A stretch of DNA of 64,000 nt, from assembly GCF_000027125.1 (NCBI RefSeq), contig NC_017626.1; one strand, written 5' to 3'. Below the pieces are notes generated by a model that was given only the letters and a program-made list of their open reading frames with translations, was not told the DNA's origin and ran no database searches. Each line of letters starts with the position of its first letter. The first letter of the stretch is position 1. The translations under genes and the position numbers were made by a program. Source of the DNA: Escherichia coli 042 (GTDB taxonomy: Bacteria; Pseudomonadota; Gammaproteobacteria; Enterobacterales; Enterobacteriaceae). This document shows, in pieces, positions 21,696-34,679 of the stretch.

Positions 21696-22721
21696 TTACG
21701 CCAGTTGTACGGACACGAACTCATCAGGGTCAGCCAGCAGCATCAGCGGTGCTGACTGAATCATGGTGAACTCACGCGCCGGATCGCCGGTGGTCACCCA
21801 GTTTTTCGGGTAACGGGCAGAGGCGTTAATGCCTTCGCGCTGTGCGTCCGCATCCTGAATGCAGCCATAGGTGCGCAGACCGCGTGCCTGAGTGTTACCC
21901 AGCACCATCGTGTTGTCCGGCAGGAAGTTCTTTTTGACGCCGTTTTCCACGTACTGTCCGGAATACACGACGATGGCCACATCGCCATACATTCCCTTAT
22001 AAGACACCGCTTTGCCCAGGTCTTTTACCGCTGTCTCCAGCTCGGAATGAGAGCCGCGACGGGTATCCAGCTTCTCCTTGACGGCTTTGAAGGAACGGAA
22101 CAGCGCCCAGCCTTTCGGATCGAACACGATGATATTCACCACACCGCTGGCATTCAGCGCGTAGGCTTCGATATCGTCGGTCGGGTCATACGTGGACTTG
22201 TCGCGCTTGCTCCACTCCGTGCCGCCGGACTGCGTGATGTTATTCTCCTCACTGCGGCCCATATCCACCTCAACCGGATCGAAGGCTTCACCGGTCATGG
22301 TGTATTTGCCCTTAAGCACGGCAGAAACTGCCTGCATCTCTTCGACCTGAGCAATGGCCAGCTCTTCGTCACGCATGTTCTGCATGATGATGCGACGGCG
22401 GCGGTAAGCCGGGTCCGCCAGATTCTGCGGATCTTCATCCGGCAGGCGACGCAGGGTCATCTGCGGATTCACTTCATGCTTCGGCTTGACATATCCCGGC
22501 GTAAATTCAGAGGTGGAGCCGCCACGGGAACGGATAACCTCACCGGAAACAATCGGCGAAACGTACAGCGCCATGTTTACCAGTCCCGGAATTTGTGAGA
22601 GATAGACTTTCTCCGTGGTGAAGGGATAGCTCTCACGGAAAAAGAGACGCAGAAACAGCGGATCAAACTTAAATTTCTGCTCATTTGCCGCCAGCAGTTG
22701 GGCGGTTGTGTACATCGACAT
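21696..22721 (-). CDS. E: major capsid protein E
   Basis: 341 aa from MSMYTTAQLLAANEQKFKFDPLFLRLFFRE.., matching recalled lambda E. Confidence 0.95.
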   Translation of the reverse strand: MSMYTTAQLLAANEQKFKFDPLFLRLFFRESYPFTTEKVYLSQIPGLVNMALYVSPIVSGEVIRSRGGSTSEFTPGYVKPKHEVNPQMTLRRLPDEDPQNLADPAYRRRRIIMQNMRDEELAIAQVEEMQAVSAVLKGKYTMTGEAFDPVEVDMGRSEENNITQSGGTEWSKRDKSTYDPTDDIEAYALNASGVVNIIVFDPKGWALFRSFKAVKEKLDTRRGSHSELETAVKDLGKAVSYKGMYGDVAIVVYSGQYVENGVKKNFLPDNTMVLGNTQARGLRTYGCIQDADAQREGINASARYPKNWVTTGDPAREFTMIQSAPLMLLADPDEFVSVQLA

Positions 22722-22776
22722 AAAAAAATCCCGTAAAAAAAGCCGCACAGGCGGCCTTTAGTGATGAAGGGTAAAG

Positions 22777-23109
22777 TTAAACGATGCTGATTGCCGTTCC
22801 GGCAAACGCGGTCCGTTTTTTCGTCTCGTCGCTGGCAGCCTCCGGCCAGAGCACATCCTCATAACGGAACGTGCCGGACTTGTAGAACGTCAGCGTGGTG
22901 CTGGTCTGGTCAGCAGCAACCGCAAGAATGCCAACGGCAGCACCGTCGGTGGTGCCATCCCACGCAACCAGCTTACGGCTGGAGGTGTCCAGCATCAGCG
23001 GGGTCATTGCAGGCGCTTTCGCACTCAATCCGCCGGGCGCGGTTGCGGTATGAGCCGGGTCACTGTTGCCCAGCGGCTGGTAATGGGTAAAGGTTTCTTT
23101 GCTCGTCAT
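22777..23109 (-). CDS. D: capsid decoration protein D
   Basis: 110 aa from [31 protein letters not shown].., matching recalled lambda D. Confidence 0.93.
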   Translation of the reverse strand: MTSKETFTHYQPLGNSDPAHTATAPGGLSAKAPAMTPLMLDTSSRKLVAWDGTTDGAAVGILAVAADQTSTTLTFYKSGTFRYEDVLWPEAASDETKKRTAFAGTAISIV

Positions 23110-23118
23110 AAACATCCC

Positions 23119-24418
23119 TTACACTGGTGTGTTCAGCAAATCGTTAACGGCATCAGATGCCGGGTTACCTGCAGCCAGCGGTGCCGGTGCCCCCTGCATC
23201 AGACGATCCAGCGCAGTGTCACTGCGCGCCTGTGCACTCTGTGGTGCTGCGGCCAGAATGCGGCGGGCCGTTTCCACGGTCATACCGGGGGTTTCTGCCA
23301 GCACGCGTGCCTGTTCTTCGCGTCCGTGAGCCTCCTCACAGTTGAGGATCCCCATAATGCGGCTGTTTTCTGCCGCAACCGCTGCGGTGATCTGCGCGTT
23401 CACGTCCGGCTGCGCAGCGCTGGCGTTCTCGCCCTCCGTCGCTTGCACCACGCCAGTAACGTCAGCCTGCGAAGCAGTGGCTGAAACAGTTGTTGATTGA
23501 GTCTCTTTGGTCATTCGCCCTCCTGAGAGACGGGATTTACGTGCATCCAGTGCATCACGCATGACGGTGATCGCATCGGTACTGTTAACAAGTTCATCAG
23601 CCAGTCCGGCATCAATGGCCTCCTGACCGCTGTACACTGCAGCCTCGGTATCCAGCACAGCCTGCACGGACAGGCCGGTATATGCCGACACCTTCTGTGC
23701 AAACATCCGGCGGGTTGCATCCATCCGGGACTGCAGTGTTTCCCGGACATCATCCGGTAGATGGCTGTAGGGGTTGCCATCCACCTTATGGCTGCCGCTG
23801 TAAATCAGCGTGATTTCCACGCCCTGTTTCTCCAGCGCAGCACCGTAATTACTGTGAGCCATCATGACGCCGATGGAGCCTGTCCGGGCGGTCTGCGTGA
23901 CCAGACGTCGGGAGGCGGCGCTGGCAAGCAACTGACCTGCACTGCAGTTCATGTCGTTGGCCAGCGCCCATACCGGCTTTATGTCACGCACACGGGCGAT
24001 GATGTCAGCGCAGTCAAATGCCCCTGCCACCATCCCGCCTGGCGTATCCATATCGAGCAGAATGCCGTCCACCATCGGGTCGCTGGCAGCCTGTTGCAGA
24101 CGGGCGATAATGCCGTTGTAACCGGTCATCCCCGAATACGGCTGCAGCGCTCGCGTCCGACTGACCAGCGTGCCGGACACCGGCAGCACGGCGATGCCGT
24201 TCATGACCTGATAACTGCGGGCCTGTCGTGGTCCGTCATCATCAACGGATAACGCCAGCGCCGCGGGTGCCTCTCCGGCAGTCAGGCTGTCGCCGGATAC
24301 CGCATCCGTCAGGCGGCTGATCCCAAGCTGGCCTGCAAGCGCACAAAAGAAAACCCGCGCATAGGCGGGTTCAAGCATCAGCGGCTCATTAAAGGCCATA
24401 CTGGCAATATGCGGGAGA

Positions 24419-24438
<20 letters not shown>
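23119..24438 (-). CDS. C: prohead protease / scaffold C (with nested Nu3 scaffold frame)
   Basis: 439 codons from a GTG start ((M)TAELRNLPHIASMAFNEPLMLEP..), a ClpP/SppA-like S49 protease matching recalled lambda C. Its 5' end overlaps the B 3' end. Confidence 0.9.
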
Positions 24439-26219
<1,781 letters not shown>

Positions 26220-26223
<4 letters not shown>

Positions 26224-28145
26224 TCATCCTCTCCGGATAAGGCACGGGCGTAATCTGCCAGTGTTTTCTTGTTGGTTGCTGCACCATCCTCTTCCTGCAG
26301 GCTCGCCAGCAGTGCACTGAGATCCAGCTGCCAGCGGGAAATACTGATGCGCAGCGCCGCCAGCGCATAAACGAAGCAGTCGAGCGCCTCATTGCGTCGC
26401 TTTTTGCTGTCCCACAGTATTTTTTTCCTGCCATCCACCCATTTTTCGACCTGCTCTTCAGCAGTCAGCTGCTGCGCTTCGGTCAGATCAAAAATATCCG
26501 GGTTATTCGGGAAGTGAACGGCACCGGGAAGCGGTTCATCCCCTTCCGGCGTCAGTGTGAAGCGGTTATAAATCTGCTCTTTCGCGGTATCCGTACCGAT
26601 TTCGGTAAGGTAAACCCCGTTTTTGTTTCGCTTACGAGGCATGCTGGCCACCGGCTTACCGTAGACGGATGCCCCTTTAATGGGGATCACCCGGAACAGC
26701 CCATGCTTTTTCGAGCGTTCATACACAATGGTCGGGTCAATCCCGCCAATATCCCAGCAGATACGGGATATCGACATTTCTGCACCATTCCGGCGGGTAT
26801 AGGTTTTATTGATGGCCTCATCCACACGCAGCAGCGTCTGTTCATCGTCGTGGCGGCCCATAATAATCTGCCGATCAATCAGCCAGCTTTCCTCACCCGG
26901 CCCCCATCCCCATACGCGCATTTCGTAGCGATCCAGCTGGGAGTCGATACCGGCGGTCAGGTAAGCCACACGGTCAGGAACGGGCGCTGAATAATGCTCT
27001 TTCCGCTCTGCCATCACTTCAGCATCCGGACGTTCGCCAATTTTCGCCTCCCACGTCTCACCGAGCGTGGTGTTTACGAAGGTTTTACGTTTTCCCGTAT
27101 CCCCTTTCGTTTTCATCCAGTCTTTGACAATCTGCACCCAGGTGGTGAACGGGCTGTACGCTGTCCAGATGTGAAAGGTCACACTGTCAGGTGGCTCAAT
27201 CTCTTCACCGGATGACGAAAACCAGAGAATGCCATCACGGGTCCAGATCCCGGTCTTTTCGCAGATATAACGGGCATCAGTAAAGTCCAGCTCCTGCTGG
27301 CGGATGACGCAGGCATTATGCTCGCAGAGATAAAACACGCTGGAGGGGTCATCCGGCGTCCATTTGAGGCCAAACGGCGTCTCTTTGTCGCCAAATTTAA
27401 GATACTGCTCCTCCCCGCAGTGCGGGCAGACAACATGAAAACGCATAAAATGCGGGGATTCACTGGCTGCACGCTCAATCTGGCAGGTGCCTCTCACTTT
27501 GGGCGTGGAGCCACGGATGGACTTTGGCCAGACCGAGCCTTCAATACGTTTGTCGCCAAGGAACGTCGGAGAGCCTTCCTGTTCAATATCCTCATCAAAG
27601 GCAGCAAGTTCATCATAACCCGCCACATCCACCGACTTTTCACGGTAGTTTTTTGCCGCTTTACCGCCCAGGCACCAGAAGCCACGACCATTGGTAAAAC
27701 GCTTCATGGTGAGCGTGTTATCCCGGTGCTTTTTGCCATACCACGGTGCCAGCGCCAGCAGCGACGGAATATCACGGATAGTCGGCTCAACGTGGGTTTT
27801 CATAAAGTTCTCGGCATCACCATCCGTCGGCAACCAGATAAGGGTGTTGCGCTGCTTATGCTCTATGAAGTAGGCATAAACACCCAACAGCATTTTGGAA
27901 TAACCGACACGGGCAGACTTCACCACATTCACCTCACGGATGTAGTCGCTGCCCATCGCATTCATGATGGCCCGCTGAAAGGGCAGTGTTTCCCAGCGCC
28001 CTTCCTGGTATGCGGATTCTTTCGGGAGATAGTAATTGGCATCCGCCCATTCAACGGCGGTCTGTGGCTCCGGCCTGAACAGTGAGCGAAGCCCGGCGCG
28101 GACAAAATGCCGCAGCCTGTTAACCTGACTGTTCGATATATTCAC
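26220..28145 (-). CDS. A: terminase large subunit A
   Basis: 641 aa, MNISNSQVNRLRHFVRAGLRSLFRPEPQTAVEWAD.., matching recalled lambda gpA. Its stop overlaps the W start (ATGA). Confidence 0.95.
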
Positions 28146-28665
28146 TCAGCAACCCCGGTATCAGTTCATCCAGCGCGGCTGCTTTGTTCATGGCTTTGAT
28201 GATATCCCGTTTCAGGAAATCAACATGTCGGTTTTCCAGTTCCGGAAAACGCCGCTGCACCGACAGGGGGATCCCGTCGAGAATACTGGCAATTTCACCT
28301 GCGATCCGCGACAGCACGAAAGTACAGAATGCGGTTTCCACCACTTCAGCGGAGTCTCTGGCATTTTTCAGCTCCTGTGCGTCGGCCTGCGCACGCGTAA
28401 GTCGATGGCGTTCGTACTCAATAGTTCCTGGCTGGAGATCTGCCTCGCTGGCCTGCCGCAGTTCTTCAACCTCCCGGCGCAGCTTTTCGTTCTCAATTTC
28501 AGCATCCCTTTCGGCATACCATTTTATGACGGCGGCAGAGTCATAAAGCACCTCATTACCCTTGCCACCGCCTCGCAGAACGGGCATTCCCTGTTCCTGC
28601 CAGTTCTGAATGGTACGGATACTCGCACCGAAAATGTCAGCCAGCTGCTTTTTGTTGACTTCCAT
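28120..28665 (-). CDS. nu1: terminase small subunit Nu1
   Basis: 181 aa, MEVNKKQLADIFGASIRTIQNWQEQGMPVLRGGGKGNEVLYD.., matching recalled lambda Nu1 / K-12 NohA family. Confidence 0.93.
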   Translation of the reverse strand: MEVNKKQLADIFGASIRTIQNWQEQGMPVLRGGGKGNEVLYDSAAVIKWYAERDAEIENEKLRREVEELRQASEADLQPGTIEYERHRLTRAQADAQELKNARDSAEVVETAFCTFVLSRIAGEIASILDGIPLSVQRRFPELENRHVDFLKRDIIKAMNKAAALDELIPGLLSEYIEQSG

Positions 28666-28842
28666 TGTTCATTCCACGGACAAAAACAGAGAAAGGAAAC
28701 GACAGAGGCCAAAAAGCTCGCTTTCAGCACCTGTCGTTTCCTTTCTTTTCAGAGGGTATTTTAAATAAAAACATTAAGTTATGACGAAGAAGAACGGAAA
28801 CGCCTTAAACCGGAAAATTTTCATAAATAGCGAAAACCCGCG

Positions 28843-28854
28843 AGGTCGCCGCCC
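28843..28854. other. cosN, 12-nt cohesive-end sequence (AGGTCGCCGCCC = complement of GGGCGGCGACCT), within a lambda-like cos region (about 28690-28900)
   Basis: The exact lambda cohesive-end 12-mer. It is flanked by the recalled lambda left-end (..CGCGGGTTTTCGCTATTTATGAAAATTTTCCGG..) and right-end (..CCGACAGGTTACG) sequences in reverse complement. Confidence 0.9.
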
Positions 28855-29053
28855 CGTAACCTGTCGGATCACCGGAAAGGACCCGTAAAGTGATAATGAT
28901 TATCATCTACATATCACAACGTGCGTGGAGGCCATCAAACCACGTCAAATAATCAATTATGACGCAGGTATCGTATTAATTGATCTGCATCAACTTAACG
29001 TAAAAACAACTTCAGACAATACAAATCAGCGACACTGAATACGGGGCAACCTC

Positions 29054-29287
29054 ATGTCAACGAAGAACAGAACCCGCAGAACAACAACCCGCAACATCCG
29101 CTTTCCTAACCAAATGATTGAACAAATTAACATCGCTCTTGAGCAAAAAGGGTCCGGGAATTTCTCAGCCTGGGTCATTGAAGCCTGCCGCCGGAGACTG
29201 TGCTCAGAAAAAAGAGTTTCTTCTGAAGCAAACAAAGAAAAGAGTGACATTACTGAATTGCTCAGAAAACAGGTCAGACCAGATTGA
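29054..29287 (+). CDS. ynfO: small prophage protein YnfO (77 aa, basic N-terminus; possible ribbon-helix-helix)
   Basis: MSTKNRTRRTTTRNIRFPNQMIEQINIALEQKGSGNFSAWVIEACRRRL.., recalled as K-12 YnfO and the lambda right-end ORF. Confidence 0.8.
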   Translation: MSTKNRTRRTTTRNIRFPNQMIEQINIALEQKGSGNFSAWVIEACRRRLCSEKRVSSEANKEKSDITELLRKQVRPD

Positions 29288-29344
29288 AGCAATTTAGATA
29301 ATCGTGCAGACTACGCCCCCTCATATCACATGGAAGGTTTATCT

Positions 29345-29755
29345 ATGGATCAGGTAGTCATTTTTAAACAAATATTTGATAAAGTTCGAAACGATTTAAA
29401 CTATCAATGGTTTTATTCTGAGCTAAAACGTCACAATGTCTCACATTACATTTACTATTTAGCCACAGAGAATGTTCATATTGTATTAAAAAATGATAAT
29501 ACAGTGTTATTAAAGGGCCTAAAAAACATTGTGTCTGTCAAATTTTCAAAGGATAGGCATCTTATAGAAACGACCTCTAATAAGCTGAAATCCAGAGAGA
29601 TCACATTTCAGGAATACAGAAGAAACCTTGCTAAAGCAGGAGTTTTTCGGTGGGTTACAAATATCCACGAACAAAAAAGATATTACTATACCTTTGATAA
29701 TTCATTACTATTTACTGAAAGCATCCAGAAAACTACACAGATCTTACCACGCTAA
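29345..29755 (+). CDS. ydfO: DUF1398-family prophage protein YdfO (136 aa)
   Basis: [44 protein letters not shown].., recalled as K-12 YdfO. The track ORF starts 5 codons upstream. Confidence 0.85.
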
Positions 29756-29906
29756 ACCATAACGTCCGGCTTCTCTCACTCCTGAGCCGGACTGCATTGG
29801 TTTAATAAAAACCATCAACAATTGTGATTTAGATATTCGGAACCATTCAAATATAACAAAACCCCGTAAAAACGAGGTTTATGGATAAATTTTATTATTG
29901 AATACA

Positions 29907-30080
29907 TCAGATTAAATTAATCTTGACATCATAGCTTTCAAGACCCGTCATTTTTTCCCGTGCGGTAAACTGAATACTGGTAACTTCTTTCCCGGTCTTT
30001 TTCTTAAGTTCAATAATTTTTTTTGTTATATATTCAGAAATATCTGCTTCTGCTTTTGTTTTTAAGTTTTCAATATTCAT
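29907..30080 (-). CDS. gnsB: GnsB (57 aa; Gns family, multicopy suppressor of secG/fabA in K-12)
   Basis: Hand translation of the minus strand gives MNIENLKTKAEADISEYITKKIIELKKKTGKEVTSIQFTAREKMTGLESYDVKINLI*. Below the ORF-track cutoff. Recalled match to GnsB. Confidence 0.85.
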   Translation of the reverse strand: MNIENLKTKAEADISEYITKKIIELKKKTGKEVTSIQFTAREKMTGLESYDVKINLI

Positions 30081-30251
30081 CATTTCCTCTTTTAGTCTGT
30101 TATGACTTTCCAGTTACACAGTAAGTCGATTATATGGTGCAAACGTGTAAAAGATAAGATGAAACATCGCAATAATCAACATACGATAGTCTAAATTTTA
30201 CACAAACAGACAAAGAGAATTTTCCTGAATTATCAATGCAATAGCATCAAA

Positions 30252-30482
30252 TTAACTCAAGAGCCTTATTGCTGCTTCCAGAATTTCTTCTGAAGTAACA
30301 TGTCGATCCGCGGCTACATAAATGACTTTATGATCTCCGGTCAGAGATGGAAACCCTGCGGCCATTACAGTAAGGTGTGTTTTTTCGCCATTTGGATATT
30401 CACGCATGATGGTGTTAACTCCAGTCATCGCTGGCACTACCACTGCTGGTTCAGAGTTAAAAAAAACTATGATTTTTTTCAT
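30252..30482 (-). CDS. ynfN: small prophage protein (76 aa from MKKIIVFFNSEPAVVVPAM..), YnfN-like
   Basis: ORF in the K-12 ynfN position between gnsB and cspI. The start is inferred. The length differs from my recollection of K-12 YnfN, so the symbol is tentative. Confidence 0.5.
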   Translation of the reverse strand: MKKIIVFFNSEPAVVVPAMTGVNTIMREYPNGEKTHLTVMAAGFPSLTGDHKVIYVAADRHVTSEEILEAAIRLLS

Positions 30483-30753
30483 GATGTTACCGTAGTATGT
30501 GAGTATCCATCGAATAGACACCAAGCAAAAAAGCTCCCGAAGGAGCCTTCATTTTCACTTTTTTAAATCCAACGACAGACGGCTGGCATTTAAGTATTGT
30601 GAAATATTATCAAATGTAATCATCATTGATTTACAAAAGATACATTTTGCCCCGAAAGGATTCATGTCAGAAACATCAAAAGATGATGTTCTATACTGGG
30701 AACCATGACAACACGGGCATCTAAAGTGAATATGGTTTGTAATATTGTCTACC

Positions 30754-30966
30754 TCAAAGCGCCACTACATGAACAGCGGCAGGACCTTTAGGTCCGTTCT
30801 CAATACCAAATTCAACTTCCTGATTCTCAGTTAATGTTTTGAAATCGTTGCTCTGAATTGCTGAGAAATGGACAAACACATCTTTGCTGCCATCTTTCGG
30901 CGTGATGAAACCAAAACCTTTTTCAGGGTTAAACCATTTCACTAAACCAGTCATTGTGTTAGACAT
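30754..30966 (-). CDS. cspI: cold-shock protein CspI
   Basis: 70 aa, [40 protein letters not shown].., with CSD RNP1/RNP2 motifs. Recalled CspI. Confidence 0.93.
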   Translation of the reverse strand: MSNTMTGLVKWFNPEKGFGFITPKDGSKDVFVHFSAIQSNDFKTLTENQEVEFGIENGPKGPAAVHVVAL

Positions 30967-31328
30967 AATTATTACCTTTTGAAGAAATTAGCCCTTGGGC
31001 AGAATGGTCCGAAAAAAAATATCAGAGAGAAAAACCAACAAGGAAATCTCAAGAGGTACAAATAATAAAATTATAACAATGACTGCTTCAGATAAATTTG
31101 TAACAAACCAGAACACCATTAACGCATGATTAACCACCCATAGCAAGGATTACTTTTGTAAAGAAAAACACAGCAATGAAAGAATAGCTTTATTTATTAA
31201 TAAAACGTGTCATTCTGATTAAGACCTTTTATCTTACCCTTAAGATTTCAGGAATTTTGGCTCATGGAAGAGTCCTTTTTATTTAAATTTTACATTCCGC
31301 GATGTAAATGTTCCGATTTAATATTACC

Positions 31329-32244
<916 letters not shown>

Positions 32245-32248
<4 letters not shown>

Positions 32249-32556
32249 AGATATTTATGATGAGGACGCTCGTGCTTATTGGCAGGATTTTCAATCTTAA
32301 AGGAGTACTGATGCTGCAGATAAGACTCAACTTTTTCTGACAATTTTTCTGCTACTTCCAGGAAGACTTGCCGGACGCTCCTTCTGGCTGCTGCCTCATA
32401 AAACTCCAGCGCAGCTCCTTCAACACGGTCCATGGCGACATCTAGGTCAAAAATTTCACCGTCAAAGCGTTCTTTGTCCTGTAAGGCTACAGTTACCGTA
32501 ACTTTATTCTCAAAATTACGGACTCCTTTCACAACCAGTTCATAGTCTTGAGTCAT
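32245..32556 (-). CDS. ydfR: DUF1327-family prophage protein YdfR
   Basis: 103 aa, MTQDYELVVKGVRNFENKVTVTVALQDKERFDGEIFDLDVAMD.., recalled YdfR. Confidence 0.85.
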
Positions 32557-32560
32557 TGGA

Positions 32561-32776
32561 TTACTCTCCTCTCGCAGCCTTACGCCTGTCTTCTTTAATC
32601 TTGAAATAAAGATTTGTCAGATACGTCAGCAGGCCAAAAACCAGGCTACCCAGCACACCGATTGCAGCCCACTGTGACGGAGTTACTTTATCGAGTAACT
32701 GCAATGCCCAGAAACCAGCATTACCCGCCGATGTGCCATAGGCAACACCTGTTGTTAACTTATCCATTGATTTCAT
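32561..32776 (-). CDS. essQ: class II holin (phage 21 S-like)
   Basis: 71 aa from [71 protein letters not shown]. Two TM helices and a dual-start motif MKSM. Recalled EssQ. Confidence 0.88.
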   Translation of the reverse strand: MKSMDKLTTGVAYGTSAGNAGFWALQLLDKVTPSQWAAIGVLGSLVFGLLTYLTNLYFKIKEDRRKAARGE

Positions 32777-32995
32777 ATCCTCACCCCGATGTACACGGAT
32801 GGTGCAATATGTTTGAAAAGATCGGAGTCTACGGGGTAGTTTTGACAGCACACGTTGTTCTCAACGGCGCTAAAAAAACATACACATTAAAAATGTGGGT
32901 AATTATTTTGAAAGAAAGTCATATATAAAATAATAATACGAGAAATGTTTTCATATTTAGTGTACTGTATACGGCCATTTATACAGGAAAAGCCT

Positions 32996-33166
32996 ATGTC
33001 AGAACGTAAAAACTCAAAATCACGCCGTAATTATCTCGTTAAATGTTCCTGCCCAAACTGCACCCAAGAGTCAGAACACAGTTTTTCAAGAGTACAAAAA
33101 GGTGCCCTTTTGATCTGCCCTCATTGCAACAAAGTATTCCAGACAAATCTTAAAGCTGTAGCCTGA
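32996..33166 (+). CDS. ynfU: 56-aa zinc-ribbon small protein (CxxC..CxxC)
   Basis: MSERKNSKSRRNYLVKCSCPNCTQESEHSFSRVQKGALLICPHCNKVFQTNLKAVA. Two CxxC pairs. I recall this as K-12 YnfU, so the symbol is moderately confident. Confidence 0.6.
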   Translation: MSERKNSKSRRNYLVKCSCPNCTQESEHSFSRVQKGALLICPHCNKVFQTNLKAVA

Positions 33167-33224
33167 TTGATTTTATTAGTAACAAGTATTTTTTATATTT
33201 TAATAATATATTTAAAGCAGATAA

Positions 33225-33247
33225 TAAAAAACCCGCCTGAGCGGGTT
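33225..33247 (-). terminator. rho-independent terminator (cspB transcript; possibly bidirectional)
   Basis: AACCCGC-CTGA-GCGGGTT hairpin with an A6 run on the plus side, which is a T6 tail on the minus strand. Confidence 0.65.
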
Positions 33248-33529
33248 TGAGATTGTGGTGCTTTTTGTGGGAGTCATCCACTTACGCACTTTGTTTTGCC
33301 ATGCCAGCAGTTAGCTTCTGCTGTAAAACTATTCATGCAGCAAACCTGCACTTCACCACAATGGTTAGCATACTTTTCCTGATTAAGATTTTGCCAAATA
33401 TGCTAGCCATTGTTTCATGTATTGGACCTCCTTACTTTTTATTAAAGAGATCCAATATTCACTACTCTGTCCGTATCTCTACTCAGGCATCAGCCTTCTT
33501 CGTTATCGTATACAGACGAGCGATGAATT

Positions 33530-33745
33530 TTAATCAGTAATGATGACATTTGCTGCTGCAGGACCTTTAGCACCACTCTCTATAGAGAAGGTAACCTTTT
33601 GACCTTCAAATAAGGTTCGATAATTATCATTCTGAATCGCAGAAAAATGCACAAACACATCTTTACTACCATCAACAGGAGAAATAAAGCCGAAACCTTT
33701 ATCAGCGTTAAACCATTTTACTAAACCAGTCATTTTATTTGACAT
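33530..33745 (-). CDS. cspB: cold-shock protein CspB
   Basis: 71 aa, [51 protein letters not shown].., recalled CspB. Confidence 0.93.
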   Translation of the reverse strand: MSNKMTGLVKWFNADKGFGFISPVDGSKDVFVHFSAIQNDNYRTLFEGQKVTFSIESGAKGPAAANVIITD

Positions 33746-34045
33746 TCTACATTCCTTAACTTGAGCCTTTCGGCATAAATGGTTTGCATAACAGAAACGA
33801 CTTCGTACTTAATTGGAGAGACTCAAAGAAGGAATAAGTGAATAACACCTGAAATGAGAACTGCTTTAGTAAACTACTTCGTATATCGTCTGTTCTTCAA
33901 ACCGACGCAATCATTAACGCATAGTTGAACATATGAAGCAATGTTTATTTTAGACATCCAGCCATCTTCAACCCCATCAAAAAACTATAGCTTTCTTCAG
34001 GAACGTGTGTATAGTGCGCCAAGTTATCAGTATTAAGGAATTTTT

Positions 34046-34258
34046 TTGTCCCGTAAAATGACAGGAATTGTCAAAACCTTTGACGGCAAAAGCGGCAAGG
34101 GTCTTATCACCCCATCCGATGGTCGTATCGATGTCCAGCTTCATGTTTCAGCGCTCAATCTCCGCGATGCAGAAGAAATTACCACCGGATTACGCGTGGA
34201 ATTTTGCCGGATAAATGGTCTGCGTGGCCCTTCAGCTGCCAATGTTTACCTTTCATGA
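34046..34258 (+). CDS. cspF: cold-shock-domain protein CspF
   Basis: 70 codons from a TTG start, (M)[52 protein letters not shown]. Recalled CspF family. Divergent from cspB. Confidence 0.85.
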
Positions 34259-34551
34259 GCTATATTAAAGCTTTAATTTCAGGCCCCATCGGATCACACA
34301 TGGAGAGTTTTTATGAATAACCCCGTCTGTCTTGATGACTGGTTGATTGGCTTTAAAAGCTTATGCTGTACTTTGGCCGTAATAGCTCTGCTAATAATAT
34401 AATAAGCAGACTCATTGTGTTTAGGGACATTGTACTGGAAGAAAACATTTTAAACATCAGGCAAATAACCAAGTCACCAGCTAAATAATAAGTTAACAGA
34501 CATGAGTCCCGGGATGAGATTCAACATTACCATTGCCCCATTTAAAGCACA

Positions 34552-34574
34552 AAACCCGCTCATCAGCGGGTTTT
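34552..34574 (-). terminator. tR'-like terminator downstream of the late promoter
   Basis: On the minus strand, AAAACCCGCTGATGAGCGGGTTTTG lies about 60 nt downstream of the PR'-like promoter. Confidence 0.6.
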
Positions 34575-34619
34575 CTACTTTTTCTTAACGTCGGGTATAC
34601 AAAGCCCATCGTTGAAAAA

Positions 34620-34648
34620 ATTTTATCCATATTTTTTGAAAAATGCAA
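34620..34648 (-). promoter_or_regulatory. PR'-like late promoter (Q-dependent antitermination start region)
   Basis: The minus strand has TTGCAT, a 17-nt spacer and TAAAAT immediately downstream of the quuQ stop, as in lambdoid late promoters. Confidence 0.55.
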
Positions 34649-34679
34649 ACATCATGTCGCCATCTTCAGCAAAAATCAT

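Noticed and set aside
27318-28085. 255-aa plus-strand ORF antisense to terminase A
   Set aside because: A shadow ORF within the conserved terminase large-subunit gene.
33247-33540. 97-aa plus-strand ORF downstream of the zinc-ribbon gene
   Set aside because: It starts inside the terminator hairpin, runs antisense through the cspB 3' UTR and has no SD. Likely spurious.
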